From Nitrospirota bacterium (lineage in GTDB: Bacteria > Nitrospirota > JACRHJ01), in assembly GCA_021789495.1 (NCBI GenBank), contig JAJYJM010000001.1, positions 4,018 through 68,017 on the forward strand: a stretch of DNA of 64,000 nucleotides, given 5' to 3'. The stretch's first letter is position 1; every line of letters starts with the position of its first letter. Of this stretch, positions 1-9,688 are shown one piece after another. A program made the translations under genes and the position numbers. The notes under the pieces were generated by a model. It had not been told where the DNA came from, ran no database searches, and saw nothing but the letters and a program-made list of their open reading frames with translations.

Positions 1-375
1 ACGGCCGGCATTGCCGGCTGGTCTCGCTATATTCCCTATCTCGCCGTATTCTTAAGCGTGGTATTGATTGTCTTTCAGATTACGGGGACGAGGAAGATAA
101 TGAACCCCAGGGTGACGAAGTTCCCGGATATAAAGGTTTCGTTCTGCTCAAGTCAGGTCCAGAAGCTTAAGGAGAACGCCGAGCTTTATTATTTCGACTA
201 TGGTCTTTATCCCCAGGACATCTCCGTGCTTAAAAAACTGGATTACGACACAAATATAATCGACCCCTGGGGAAAGCCGCTACTTTTGAATTACGGCGGC
301 GGAGAGGCGATTGTTTCAAGCGCAGGCCCCGACGGCGCCTTCGGCACGTCGGACGACATCTCCAGTAATCCGTAA
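1..375 (+). CDS. Membrane protein with C-terminal type II secretion GspG-like domain (5' partial)
   Basis: Frame is open from base 1; hydrophobic N-terminal stretch, then ELYYFDYGLYP, DPWGKP and SSAGPDGAFGTSDDI motifs of the T2SSG domain. Confidence 0.7.
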   Translation, partial: TAGIAGWSRYIPYLAVFLSVVLIVFQITGTRKIMNPRVTKFPDIKVSFCSSQVQKLKENAELYYFDYGLYPQDISVLKKLDYDTNIIDPWGKPLLLNYGGGEAIVSSAGPDGAFGTSDDISSNP

Positions 376-406
376 CAAGTTTACATAATATATCTTATAG
401 GACGTT

Positions 407-1646
407 TTGATTATTCGGGCAAAAAAGATATTGCCGATAACCGCGCCGCCGATAGACAACGGCGCCGTTGTTGTTCAGGGCCGCAGGATAGCCGCAATCG
501 GCAGGGAATCCGCCGTCATAAAGAAATATCCGGCAGAGACGGTTGTGGATCTGGGCGACCGGCTTGTCATGCCGGGGCTGGTTAACGCGCACACCCACCT
601 CGAACTCTCGCACCTCAGGGGCAAAATCGGCGAACGGCGCGAGTTCTTTGATTGGATAATCGAACTGGTGGAGGCCAGGCGCAGGCTCGGCACGAAAGGG
701 CTTCAGCAGGCTCTGAGGGCCTCGCTTATGGAGATTTTAACCTCCGGCACGACCTGCATCGGCGACATATCCGCAACCGAGGCCGCGCTTCCGATGCTCT
801 CCAAAAGCGGACTCAGGGCGACGGTATTCCTTGAAGCGCTCGGCCCGGACGAGCGCAAGGCGGAGCAGGTATTCAAGGGCCTGAAGGCCCGCCTTGCGAA
901 ACTCGAAACCCTGCCGGACAGGGTCTCAGTCGGCGTGTCGCCGCATTCGACTTATTCGGTATCTCCATTGTTAATAAAGAAGATAGCAGAATATACATCA
1001 GAAAATAGTTTATCTGTTGCAGTTCATCTATCTGAAAGTAAACATGAAAATCTATATATAAACGGCAAGGCCTCAAACATCGACGGCTACATGAAACACT
1101 TCGGCTGGGATAGGATAAAAAGGAAAAAGGCCCGCTCGCCCCTAGGACTTCTGAGCCGGGCAGGGCTTGAGAATTTTGCGGCGGCGCACTGCGTGCACAT
1201 CTCCGGGCAGGACATCAAGCACATGAAAAGCAAGGATATTTCCGCCATTTTCTGCCCAAGGAGCAATTACTTCCTTGGTGTCGGCAAGGCGCCCGTGGAA
1301 AAAATGACACAGGCGGGGCTTAACATTGCCATTGGGACGGACAGCCTGGCGAGCAACGTAAACCTCAACCTCTGGGACGAGATGCGGTTTGCCTACCTCG
1401 TGAGCCGCCTCCCGGCAAGGAATATCATTGAGATGGCGACGATAAACGGGGCCAGGGCCCTGGGGCTTGAAGGGATAACCGGCTCTCTCACGCCGGGCAA
1501 GGAGGCGGATATTATCGCCATTCACAGCGACGCAGCAAGGTCGAAAGACCCGTATTATACCCTCCTGATGGACACGCGCGGCCAGGACGTCTCCACCGTA
1601 ATCGTCCAGGGCAGACCCCTGCATTCCACCGACGGATACATTGACT

Positions 1647-1657
<11 letters not shown>
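407..1657 (+). CDS. Amidohydrolase family protein, probable aminofutalosine deaminase
   Basis: PGLVNAHTHLE, SPHS, HLSE, GTDSLASN motifs; directly upstream of mqnE-mqnC. Confidence 0.8.
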
Positions 1658-2720
<1,063 letters not shown>

Positions 2721-2737
2721 GAAAGGGACGAAAAAAC

Positions 2738-2849
2738 CTGGATTCCCGATTAAATCAATCGGGAATGACGAACAAAAGCAGACTGTCATTCACGCGAAAG
2801 CGGGAATCCAGTGACTTTCATAACTCACCTAAATCATTCGGGAATGACA
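2738..2849. repeat. Cluster of GTCATT-type REP-like palindromes (two full units in opposite orientation plus a partial one)
   Basis: CTGGATTCCCGAT-TAAATCA-ATCGGGAATGAC (2738-2769), TGTCATTCACGCGAAAGCGGGAATCCAG (2784-2811), partial ...TTCGGGAATGACA (to 2849). Confidence 0.8.
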
Positions 2850-2854
2850 GGTAA

Positions 2855-3913
2855 ATGAAAGCACTGCTTAAAAAAGCCGCGTGCGGCAAGCGCCTGACAA
2901 AGGACGAGGGAATCTCCCTGTTCCTTGGAGCGGACCTGCTGTCCCTCGCCAGGACTGCGGACATGGTGCGGAAGCGCTTGCACCCGGAGGGCGTCGTCTC
3001 CTTCATCATAGACAGGAACATTAACTATACCAATGTCTGCGTAAACCAGTGCCGGTTCTGCGCTTTTTACAGAAGCGAGGACGCGCCGGAGGCATATCTC
3101 CTGCCGGATGACGTAATATTTCAGAAAATTAAAGAGACCGTTGAGGTCGGCGGCACGCAGATACTCATACAGGGCGGCCTGCACCCAAGGCTCGATATTT
3201 CATATTACAGGAGACTGTTCTCCGCTATAAAGAAACGTTTTACCATTAATATTCATGGGCTTTCGCCTGCGGAGATAAAGCATATTGCGAAGAATTCAGA
3301 GCTAACAATCAGAGAAACCTTGATTAATCTGAAGGAAGCCGGTCTGGATTCGATACCCGGCGGCGGCGCGGAGATACTGGTTGACAGCGTCCGGGGCGAG
3401 GTAAGCCCTAAGAAAATATCGTATGAGGGCTGGCGCTACGTGATGCTGACGGCCCAGGAACTCGGCTTTCCCACAACAGCGACGATGATGTTCGGAAGCG
3501 TGGAGAGGCCTGAGGACATTGTCGAGCATATCTTCCGTGTGCGGGAGATGCAGGACGCGCATCACGGCTTCACCGCATTTATCCCCTGGACGTATCAACC
3601 GGGCAATACCGAACTTGGCGGAAAAACGGCTACAAGCGTGGAATACCTCCGGGTACTCGCGTTCTCCCGGCTTTTCCTGGACAACGTCCCAAACTTGCAG
3701 GTCTCGTGGGTTACGCAGGGGGCGGCAATGGCCCAGGCGGCGCTTCGGTTCGGAGCGAACGATTTCGGGAGCACGATGCTCGAAGAGAACGTCGTGGCCG
3801 CAGCCGGAGTAAAAAACCGCTTAGACACTAGGGACATTGTATATCTAATTAAAAATGCAGGTTTCACCCCTGCGCAGCGCGATACCAAGTATTCGATTTT
3901 AAAGGTTTTTTAG
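2855..3913 (+). CDS. mqnC: Cyclic dehypoxanthinyl futalosine synthase (radical SAM)
   Basis: IDRNINYTNVCVNQCRFCAF, QGGLHP, SWVTQG, GSTMLEENVV motifs. Confidence 0.92.
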   Translation: MKALLKKAACGKRLTKDEGISLFLGADLLSLARTADMVRKRLHPEGVVSFIIDRNINYTNVCVNQCRFCAFYRSEDAPEAYLLPDDVIFQKIKETVEVGGTQILIQGGLHPRLDISYYRRLFSAIKKRFTINIHGLSPAEIKHIAKNSELTIRETLINLKEAGLDSIPGGGAEILVDSVRGEVSPKKISYEGWRYVMLTAQELGFPTTATMMFGSVERPEDIVEHIFRVREMQDAHHGFTAFIPWTYQPGNTELGGKTATSVEYLRVLAFSRLFLDNVPNLQVSWVTQGAAMAQAALRFGANDFGSTMLEENVVAAAGVKNRLDTRDIVYLIKNAGFTPAQRDTKYSILKVF

Positions 3914-3956
3914 CCCACGTTTTAAATTCTCCTGTGTTTTCCTCGACTTAAGGCCC

Positions 3957-4002
3957 CAATCCACAATCTCTGTGGAAAAACTGTTGAAAACACTGTTGAA
4001 AA
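3957..4002. promoter_or_regulatory. Cluster of four DnaA-box-like 9-mers
   Basis: CAATCCACA 3957-3965, TGTGGAAAA 3971-3979 (matches TTWTNCACA), TGTTGAAAA 3982-3990 and 3994-4002, followed by AT-rich DNA. Confidence 0.6.
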
Positions 4003-4011
4003 TAAAACAAT

Positions 4012-4039
4012 CCCTCTCCCGGCAACAGTCGGGAGAGGG
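4012..4039. terminator. Hairpin between convergent genes (terminator or CCCTC-type REP)
   Basis: CCCTCTCCCG-GCAACAGT-CGGGAGAGGG perfect 10-bp stem. Confidence 0.55.
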
Positions 4040-4146
4040 TGCTTAAAAACTAAGCATCTTTAAAAAATATAAGCAAATTTTAATCTGAAAACGGTTGTCA
4101 TTTAAATGACGGAACCATATAAAATATAAAATTTATCGTCAAGAAA

Positions 4147-4827
4147 TTAACGGCTTGAGATTTTCACCAGCAAATCCCGCAGGGACTGGTTGTCCAGGAT
4201 GCCCTTGTTTATGAGTTTTGCGAGCGCCTTGTCGAGCCGTTTTATCAGCTTGTTGCGGTCGGAAGTCGTCAGCTTGTTCTCCGACTGTGCCTTGTAATCC
4301 GACCAGAGCACGTCGCCGGTCTTTACATCCAGCACGTAAAGTTTAAACGAGCCTGTAACTTTGACATGGCTTCCGACGAGATTCCTCCTGGAATCCGCCA
4401 TGAAGTCCATAACCTTGGCGCCGAAGGCCACCTGTACGTCAGGATACTGCTCCATCAGCTCTTTCCGGACCTTCGCCGCGCTTTGCCTGTCGAGCGGAGT
4501 CGCAAGCCCGGTTCTGACCATTTTTACGCCGAGCCGGCCAAGTTCCGCCTCGATTGAATCCCGGAATACATCCGAGACCGTTTTATCGTTAATCTCGTAG
4601 CGCACGTTTCCGCTGTAATCCGTGCGCTTTATGATCTGTTTCGGATACGTTTGAGTCCCCTGCCTTGCGTCCACAACCGTCAGAAGCGTGCCGATTACGG
4701 GCTTCGGTATCATCGTTACCTGGCCCTGGTTCGCGTTATAGGATACGTTCAACCTTTCGCCGGCGCACCCGCTAAATACAAATACCAGTGAAATCAATGC
4801 AATATCCACTGCAACATTAAGTTTCAT
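4147..4827 (-). CDS. Putative lipoprotein (YajG-like)
   Basis: Signal peptide with lipobox FSGC; VVDAR motif; strong RBS (AAAGGAGG). Confidence 0.65.
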   Translation of the reverse strand: MKLNVAVDIALISLVFVFSGCAGERLNVSYNANQGQVTMIPKPVIGTLLTVVDARQGTQTYPKQIIKRTDYSGNVRYEINDKTVSDVFRDSIEAELGRLGVKMVRTGLATPLDRQSAAKVRKELMEQYPDVQVAFGAKVMDFMADSRRNLVGSHVKVTGSFKLYVLDVKTGDVLWSDYKAQSENKLTTSDRNKLIKRLDKALAKLINKGILDNQSLRDLLVKISSR

Positions 4828-4851
4828 ATTAACTTTACCTCCTTTGGATGA

Positions 4852-5850
4852 TCAGCCTGCCTTAAGCTCCTCGACGAGAGAAACCGGCGCCGGGCGCACC
4901 TCGATTATCCTTGTTTCCTGCCCGGAAGATACTTCCATTGCCATGGAATCGAGCCCCCCGTTATCCGAATATCTTGCCGTAATCCTGGCCGCAAGTTCGA
5001 TATCGTCTTCGGTCGGGCTGCCTCTGAAAACGGACACTGGCCCCGGAACGTCCCTCGCCTTTATTATAACCTCTCTCTCTCCGGCGAGCGCAATGAGCTT
5101 CTCGTTGTCTCTTTCGTTCCTGCCGACATGGAGAGTCCCCGCCGGAAACCTGAAGAACCTGCCCACCGTAAGGATCTGTATGTCCCGCGCGTCCGCCGGC
5201 TCCTCTCTTTTATAGAGGAATTCCCGTATCCTCTTTGAGAGCGTCGGGTCTGTCAGTATGCAGCCCCCGGCGGGTGTCGCATAGTCTTTTATCCCGAACT
5301 TCTCGGCAAGCTCCATCTGTCCCCTGCGCGAGCGTCCGGAGAAACCGTACAACCTTTCCCGGTCGATAAACCCCTTTTCTTCAGGGATTGTCGGCGGCAT
5401 GAGCTTTGCGCAAAGCGGCCTTAAGAGATAGCCCTTCAGCCCGGAGTCCCGCTCGACTATACTCATGGCGTCGCGTCTCTGGGACATGGGCCTCTGGCCG
5501 AGCACCTCTCCGGAGATGATAAAGTCCGCACCCTCGTTGAGCATAAGGTTCCGGGCCTTTTTCATCATGAATATCTTGCAGTCGAGGCACGGGTTGAAGT
5601 TCTTTCCGTAGCCGTAGACTGGCCTTTTTACCATCTCCATGTATTCCGGCGAGACGTCGATTATGCGGACATTAAGGCCGTATTTTCCCTTGAAATCCCC
5701 GGCGGCCTGGGCCTCTTTTCCCTTGTTTTTGTAGCCGAAGAAGGGCGTAATGAAGTGTAGCGCCGTAACATCCACGCCCTGCTCCATTACGACCCTCGCC
5801 GCAAGCAGGCTGTCCAGGCCCCCGGAAAATAGAGAAAAAGCTTTATGCAT
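4852..5850 (-). CDS. PP-loop tRNA thiouridylase-like protein (ThiI/MnmA-related, C-terminal DUF814-like region)
   Basis: SGGLDS PP-loop, NPCLDCK, GEVLGQRPMSQ, PAGGCILT, VGRNERDN. Confidence 0.75.
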   Translation of the reverse strand: MHKAFSLFSGGLDSLLAARVVMEQGVDVTALHFITPFFGYKNKGKEAQAAGDFKGKYGLNVRIIDVSPEYMEMVKRPVYGYGKNFNPCLDCKIFMMKKARNLMLNEGADFIISGEVLGQRPMSQRRDAMSIVERDSGLKGYLLRPLCAKLMPPTIPEEKGFIDRERLYGFSGRSRRGQMELAEKFGIKDYATPAGGCILTDPTLSKRIREFLYKREEPADARDIQILTVGRFFRFPAGTLHVGRNERDNEKLIALAGEREVIIKARDVPGPVSVFRGSPTEDDIELAARITARYSDNGGLDSMAMEVSSGQETRIIEVRPAPVSLVEELKAG

Positions 5851-7132
5851 CGATTATTCCCGTCGTAGAAGCCCTGTCCACGCCAATTATTTTAACATCG
5901 ATTGGCCTGCCCGGGGCGGCATTTTTGCCGTGGAAGGCGACCCGTACGTAATTGTCCGTGAGTCCGGAGAATTTACCGTCCTTTTCCTCCGCGACGACCG
6001 TCATCGTCTTCCCGACGAGCGAGAACCGGAAGTCTATGTTCTTTTTATTACCCAGTTCCCGAAGTCTCTCGCTTCTCTCGCGTTTCGCGTCCCCCGGCAC
6101 CGGGTCTCCTATAGCATACGCCCTTGTGCCCTTTCTGGGGGAATAGCTGAAGACGTGGAGATAGTTTATCGGTGAGTCGTCTATCCGCCTCAGCGTCTCT
6201 TCAAATGCGTCTTCATCCTCGGCGGGATAGCCTACAATCACGTCCGCGCCTATGCACGCTCCGGGAGCGGCCTTTTCGATTTTTTTGACGACCGACAGAT
6301 AATCTTCCCACGTATATCCCCGGCCCATCGAGGCGAGGACTCTATCGCTTGCGCTCTGGAGCGGCACATGAAAATGGCGGCAGAGCTTTTCGTGTCTCGT
6401 CAGATCAATCAATGCCTCGTCTATCTCCATCGGCTCGACGGAACTTATGCGCAGCCTTCCAAGCCCCGGCCTTTCCAGAAGCTTCAAGACAAGGCCGGAA
6501 AGCCTTGCGTCGCCCGAATCCTTCCCGTATGCTCCGAGATGCACGCCGGTAAGCACAATCTCGTAATATCCCCTGGCTATGAGTTCGTCCGTCTTCGCCA
6601 GGACGTCTTCCGGCCTTGCGCTCCGGGAGCGGCCACGCGTATACGGGACGATGCAATACGAGCAGAAGGAGTCGCAGCCTTCCTGAACCTTCAGGAATGC
6701 GCGGGAACGCCCGCCAACTGCTTGAGCGAAGTGAGAATCCGCGGATTCAAAACAATTTGCAGGTGCCGGGTTTATCGGTATTGCGGGCGCAATTAATTGC
6801 GCCCCTACGATGTCCGGGATATTTCCCCGCCCGTCGTTCCCGACGACCACGTCTACGCCGCCGATTCCCTTTATAACGTCCGGGGCAACCTGGGCGTAGC
6901 ACCCGGCAACGAGCACCATGCCGCCCGGCTTCTTCGCCCTTACCGCCCGGCGTATCTCCCGGCGGCACTGGTAGTCGCTCTTGCCGGTAACGGTGCATGT
7001 GAAGATTACCTGCACGTCGGCCTCATTGGGCAACGCCGCAGCCTGTCCGCCGCGCGCCGAAAGGCTCTCGCCAAGCGCCGCTGCGTCGAACTGGTTTATC
7101 TTGCAGCCGAGGGTTTTTATGTGGAATTTCAT
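5843..7132 (-). CDS. mtaB: tRNA t6A37 methylthiotransferase
   Basis: TLGCKINQFD, CTVT, FLKVQEGCDSFCSYC, HVFSYSPRKGT, GLTDNY. Confidence 0.92.
   Translation of the reverse strand: MKFHIKTLGCKINQFDAAALGESLSARGGQAAALPNEADVQVIFTCTVTGKSDYQCRREIRRAVRAKKPGGMVLVAGCYAQVAPDVIKGIGGVDVVVGNDGRGNIPDIVGAQLIAPAIPINPAPANCFESADSHFAQAVGGRSRAFLKVQEGCDSFCSYCIVPYTRGRSRSARPEDVLAKTDELIARGYYEIVLTGVHLGAYGKDSGDARLSGLVLKLLERPGLGRLRISSVEPMEIDEALIDLTRHEKLCRHFHVPLQSASDRVLASMGRGYTWEDYLSVVKKIEKAAPGACIGADVIVGYPAEDEDAFEETLRRIDDSPINYLHVFSYSPRKGTRAYAIGDPVPGDAKRERSERLRELGNKKNIDFRFSLVGKTMTVVAEEKDGKFSGLTDNYVRVAFHGKNAAPGRPIDVKIIGVDRASTTGIIDA
6785..6808 (-). repeat. GTAG-type REP inside mtaB coding sequence
   Basis: Minus strand reads GTAG followed by perfect 20-bp palindrome GGGCGCAATTAATTGCGCCC; encodes VGAQLIAP. 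Confidence 0.75.
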
Positions 7133-8481
7133 ATTAGAACGCCTGCCAGCGAATGTTTTCTGCCTTCGATAACTTTTACCCGCACAAGCCTTCCGACAAG
7201 CTCCGGCGGGCCTTCAAAGTTCACAATCTTCCCCTGCCTTGTCTTGCCGGTGAGCCTGCCCATTTCTCCCGATTTGTCCGGGCCTTCGACCAGCGCCTCC
7301 TCGACAAGGCCGATGCGCGCGCTTATCTTCTCCTGCATTATTTTGTCCTGGAGTTCCAGAACCTTATACAGCCGCTCGTCCCTGACATCTTCCGGAAGAT
7401 GACCTGGTAATTTCAACGCGGCGGTATTAGGCCTGTTTGAATATTTGAAGGCGAATATGCCGTCAAAGCGAATATCCTCAAGTGCGCTTATCGTCGCCTG
7501 GAAGTCCTCTTCCGTCTCGCCCGGAAATCCTGCGATTATGTCCGTGGATACGGCGAGGTCAGGGACGGCGTCTCTCAGCGCGCCAAGCCTGTTCATGTAA
7601 TCCGTGAAGGTATATTTCCTGTTCATCCGGCCAAGCACACTGTCGGACGCGGACTGAAGCGGCAGGTGTATCGCGTTGCAGACCTTCGGGAGATTTGCCA
7701 TGGCGCCGATAAGGGAGCCGGAAAGGTCCTTCGGGTGCGAGGTTACGAAGCGGATGCGAAGAAGGCCGTCGATGGCATTTATTTCTTTTAGCAATTCCGG
7801 AAAGTTGCAGTTCTTTTCATTCATCCCCCTCTTAAGATAAGAGGGGGAAAGAGGGGGCGTTATGACAGGTTTTCCATACGAATTTACGTTCTGGCCAAGC
7901 AGCGTAACCTCCCGGCAACCGGACTTCACGAGTTCTTCTACCTCGCGGATAATGTCACCCGGTCTCCGGCTCCTCTCACGGCCCCGGACGAAAGGCACGA
8001 CGCAGTAGGTGCAGAAATTGTCGCAGCCGTACATTATGTTCACGAAGGCGGCCACCGCGCTCTCCCGCGAAGCGGGGATTGCGGTATGCTCGTAACCATC
8101 CGTGAAACGGGTGTCGATGGCGGTCCCGCCTGCGGATTCTTCAATCAGGGACGGCAATTTATCGATGTTCTGATTACCGAAAAGAATATCTATATACGGA
8201 GCCCGCCGCAGCATGGACTTTCCTTCCTGCTGGGCTATGCAGCCGGACACGGCGATTTTCATGGAGGGGTTCTGCTTCTTGAGTTCCCGGAGCTTGCCGA
8301 GCGCGCTGTAGAATTTCTGCTCCGCCTTTTCGCGGATGCTGCATGTATTGAGCAGGACGAGGCCCGCGTCTTCGAGCCTTTCGGATTCGCTGTAGCCCTC
8401 GGCTTTCAGGAGACCCGCCAGTTTCTCGGAGTCGTGCTCGTTCATCTGGCAGCCGAAGGTAAGGATTTTGAAGCTCTTCAT
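7129..8481 (-). CDS. miaB: tRNA i6A37 methylthiotransferase
   Basis: TFGCQMNEHDSE, NTCSIREKAE, GCDNFCTYCVVP, RFVTSHP, C-terminal TRAM domain. Confidence 0.95.
   Translation of the reverse strand: MKSFKILTFGCQMNEHDSEKLAGLLKAEGYSESERLEDAGLVLLNTCSIREKAEQKFYSALGKLRELKKQNPSMKIAVSGCIAQQEGKSMLRRAPYIDILFGNQNIDKLPSLIEESAGGTAIDTRFTDGYEHTAIPASRESAVAAFVNIMYGCDNFCTYCVVPFVRGRERSRRPGDIIREVEELVKSGCREVTLLGQNVNSYGKPVITPPLSPSYLKRGMNEKNCNFPELLKEINAIDGLLRIRFVTSHPKDLSGSLIGAMANLPKVCNAIHLPLQSASDSVLGRMNRKYTFTDYMNRLGALRDAVPDLAVSTDIIAGFPGETEEDFQATISALEDIRFDGIFAFKYSNRPNTAALKLPGHLPEDVRDERLYKVLELQDKIMQEKISARIGLVEEALVEGPDKSGEMGRLTGKTRQGKIVNFEGPPELVGRLVRVKVIEGRKHSLAGVLI
7824..7863 (-). repeat. Palindromic repeat inside miaB coding sequence
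   Basis: TCCCCCTCTTA-AGA-TAAGAGGGGGA perfect 11-bp stem plus G-rich tail; encodes ITPPLSPSYLKRG. Confidence 0.75.
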
Positions 8482-8485
8482 CCTC

Positions 8486-8854
8486 CTACCCCAGCAGGTC
8501 TTTCGTCCTGTCGAGGAGATCCTGCGGCGAGAAAGGCTTCGTTATGTATTCGTCCACGCCCACTTCCAGCCCCTTTATCTTGTCGGATTCCTGGCCCTTT
8601 GCGGTCAGCATAATCACGATTATGTCTTTCGTATTCGGGTCGTTTTTAAGCTCCGAGCACACCTCGTAGCCGTTCATGCCGGGCATCATGACGTCAAGGA
8701 ATATAAGCGCGGGTTTCTCCTCCCGCACTATTCTCAGCGCATCGACGCCGTTCAACGCGGTAAGGACTTCGTATCCGGCGGATTCCAGCTTGTACTTGAC
8801 GATCCTCAGGATATGCATCTCGTCATCCACTGCAAGGATTTTTTTGGACATCAC
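8486..8854 (-). CDS. Single-domain response regulator (receiver only)
   Basis: AVDDE, LDVMMP, MLTAKG, ITKPF; no output domain. Confidence 0.9.
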   Translation of the reverse strand: MMSKKILAVDDEMHILRIVKYKLESAGYEVLTALNGVDALRIVREEKPALIFLDVMMPGMNGYEVCSELKNDPNTKDIIVIMLTAKGQESDKIKGLEVGVDEYITKPFSPQDLLDRTKDLLG

Positions 8855-8869
8855 ATTCTCCCGGATAAG

Positions 8870-9688
8870 TTATCGCTTTCTTATAAAAACCTTGTCGCCC
8901 CTCTTGAACCCGCATGTCTTTCTGGCGTCCCCCTGGCAGACGAATATCTCGAGGAACCCGCCGCCGTTTATTACGGCCCCCGTCTCGCCTTTCCTGAGCG
9001 CGGAATAAAACGGCGAGAACCCGCTTAACGCAAGCCGGCCCGCCTCGATTCCGCACTGCGCGTCCTGGCCGCAGAACTCCTCGATGTCAGAGGATGCTAT
9101 GTTGGATATGGCGTTTCCGAACTTGTCGATGTAGACAATCTCTCCGGCCACGCCGTCATTCTCCCTGCGCGAGCGCGGGATGTTGAAGCGCACGTAATCG
9201 GTTATCTCTTCGCCGAAATTCTCCGCCTCGATTCCTTTAGAGAGCCATGCCGCCGCCGGCGCGAATATGTCCCTTGCGTTAAACGTGCTGCCCTGCCAGG
9301 CGCCGGTCGACCGGCCCTCACGGAAGTAGTGGCTCGCGGTAAGATGGATTACCTTTAAAAAACCGGGGTCGGCATAGACGAAGGAGAGAACGCCGTTGTC
9401 CGGGGCGATGAAGTAATGCCTGTCCGTTACGGCGAGCACGGGCCTCCTGTCGCTCCCCACACCGGGATCGACAACGACAAGATGAATCGTTAGCTGCGGA
9501 AAATATTCATACGCCGCCCCCAGGAGGTAGGCTGCCGCCCAGATATCGTGCGACGGCACCTCGTGGGAGATGTCGATAATCGAAGCATCGGGGTTAATGC
9601 CGAGTATAACCCCCTTCATCGCGCCTGAAAAATAATCCTTCGTCCCGAAATCCGTCGTAAGCGTAATAAGTTTTTTCTTAAGGTCCAT
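8870..9688 (-). CDS. SAM hydrolase / SAM-dependent halogenase family (DUF62)
   Basis: TLTTDFG, VVDPGVGSDRR, APDNG, IDKFGN motifs. Confidence 0.9.
   Translation of the reverse strand: MDLKKKLITLTTDFGTKDYFSGAMKGVILGINPDASIIDISHEVPSHDIWAAAYLLGAAYEYFPQLTIHLVVVDPGVGSDRRPVLAVTDRHYFIAPDNGVLSFVYADPGFLKVIHLTASHYFREGRSTGAWQGSTFNARDIFAPAAAWLSKGIEAENFGEEITDYVRFNIPRSRRENDGVAGEIVYIDKFGNAISNIASSDIEEFCGQDAQCGIEAGRLALSGFSPFYSALRKGETGAVINGGGFLEIFVCQGDARKTCGFKRGDKVFIRKR

Noticed and set aside
2738..2849. Possible CRISPR array (GTCATTC..CGCGAAAGCGGGAATCC resembles some type I-E repeats)
   Set aside because: Units are inverted, non-identical and dispersed singly across the window; no regular spacers and no cas genes
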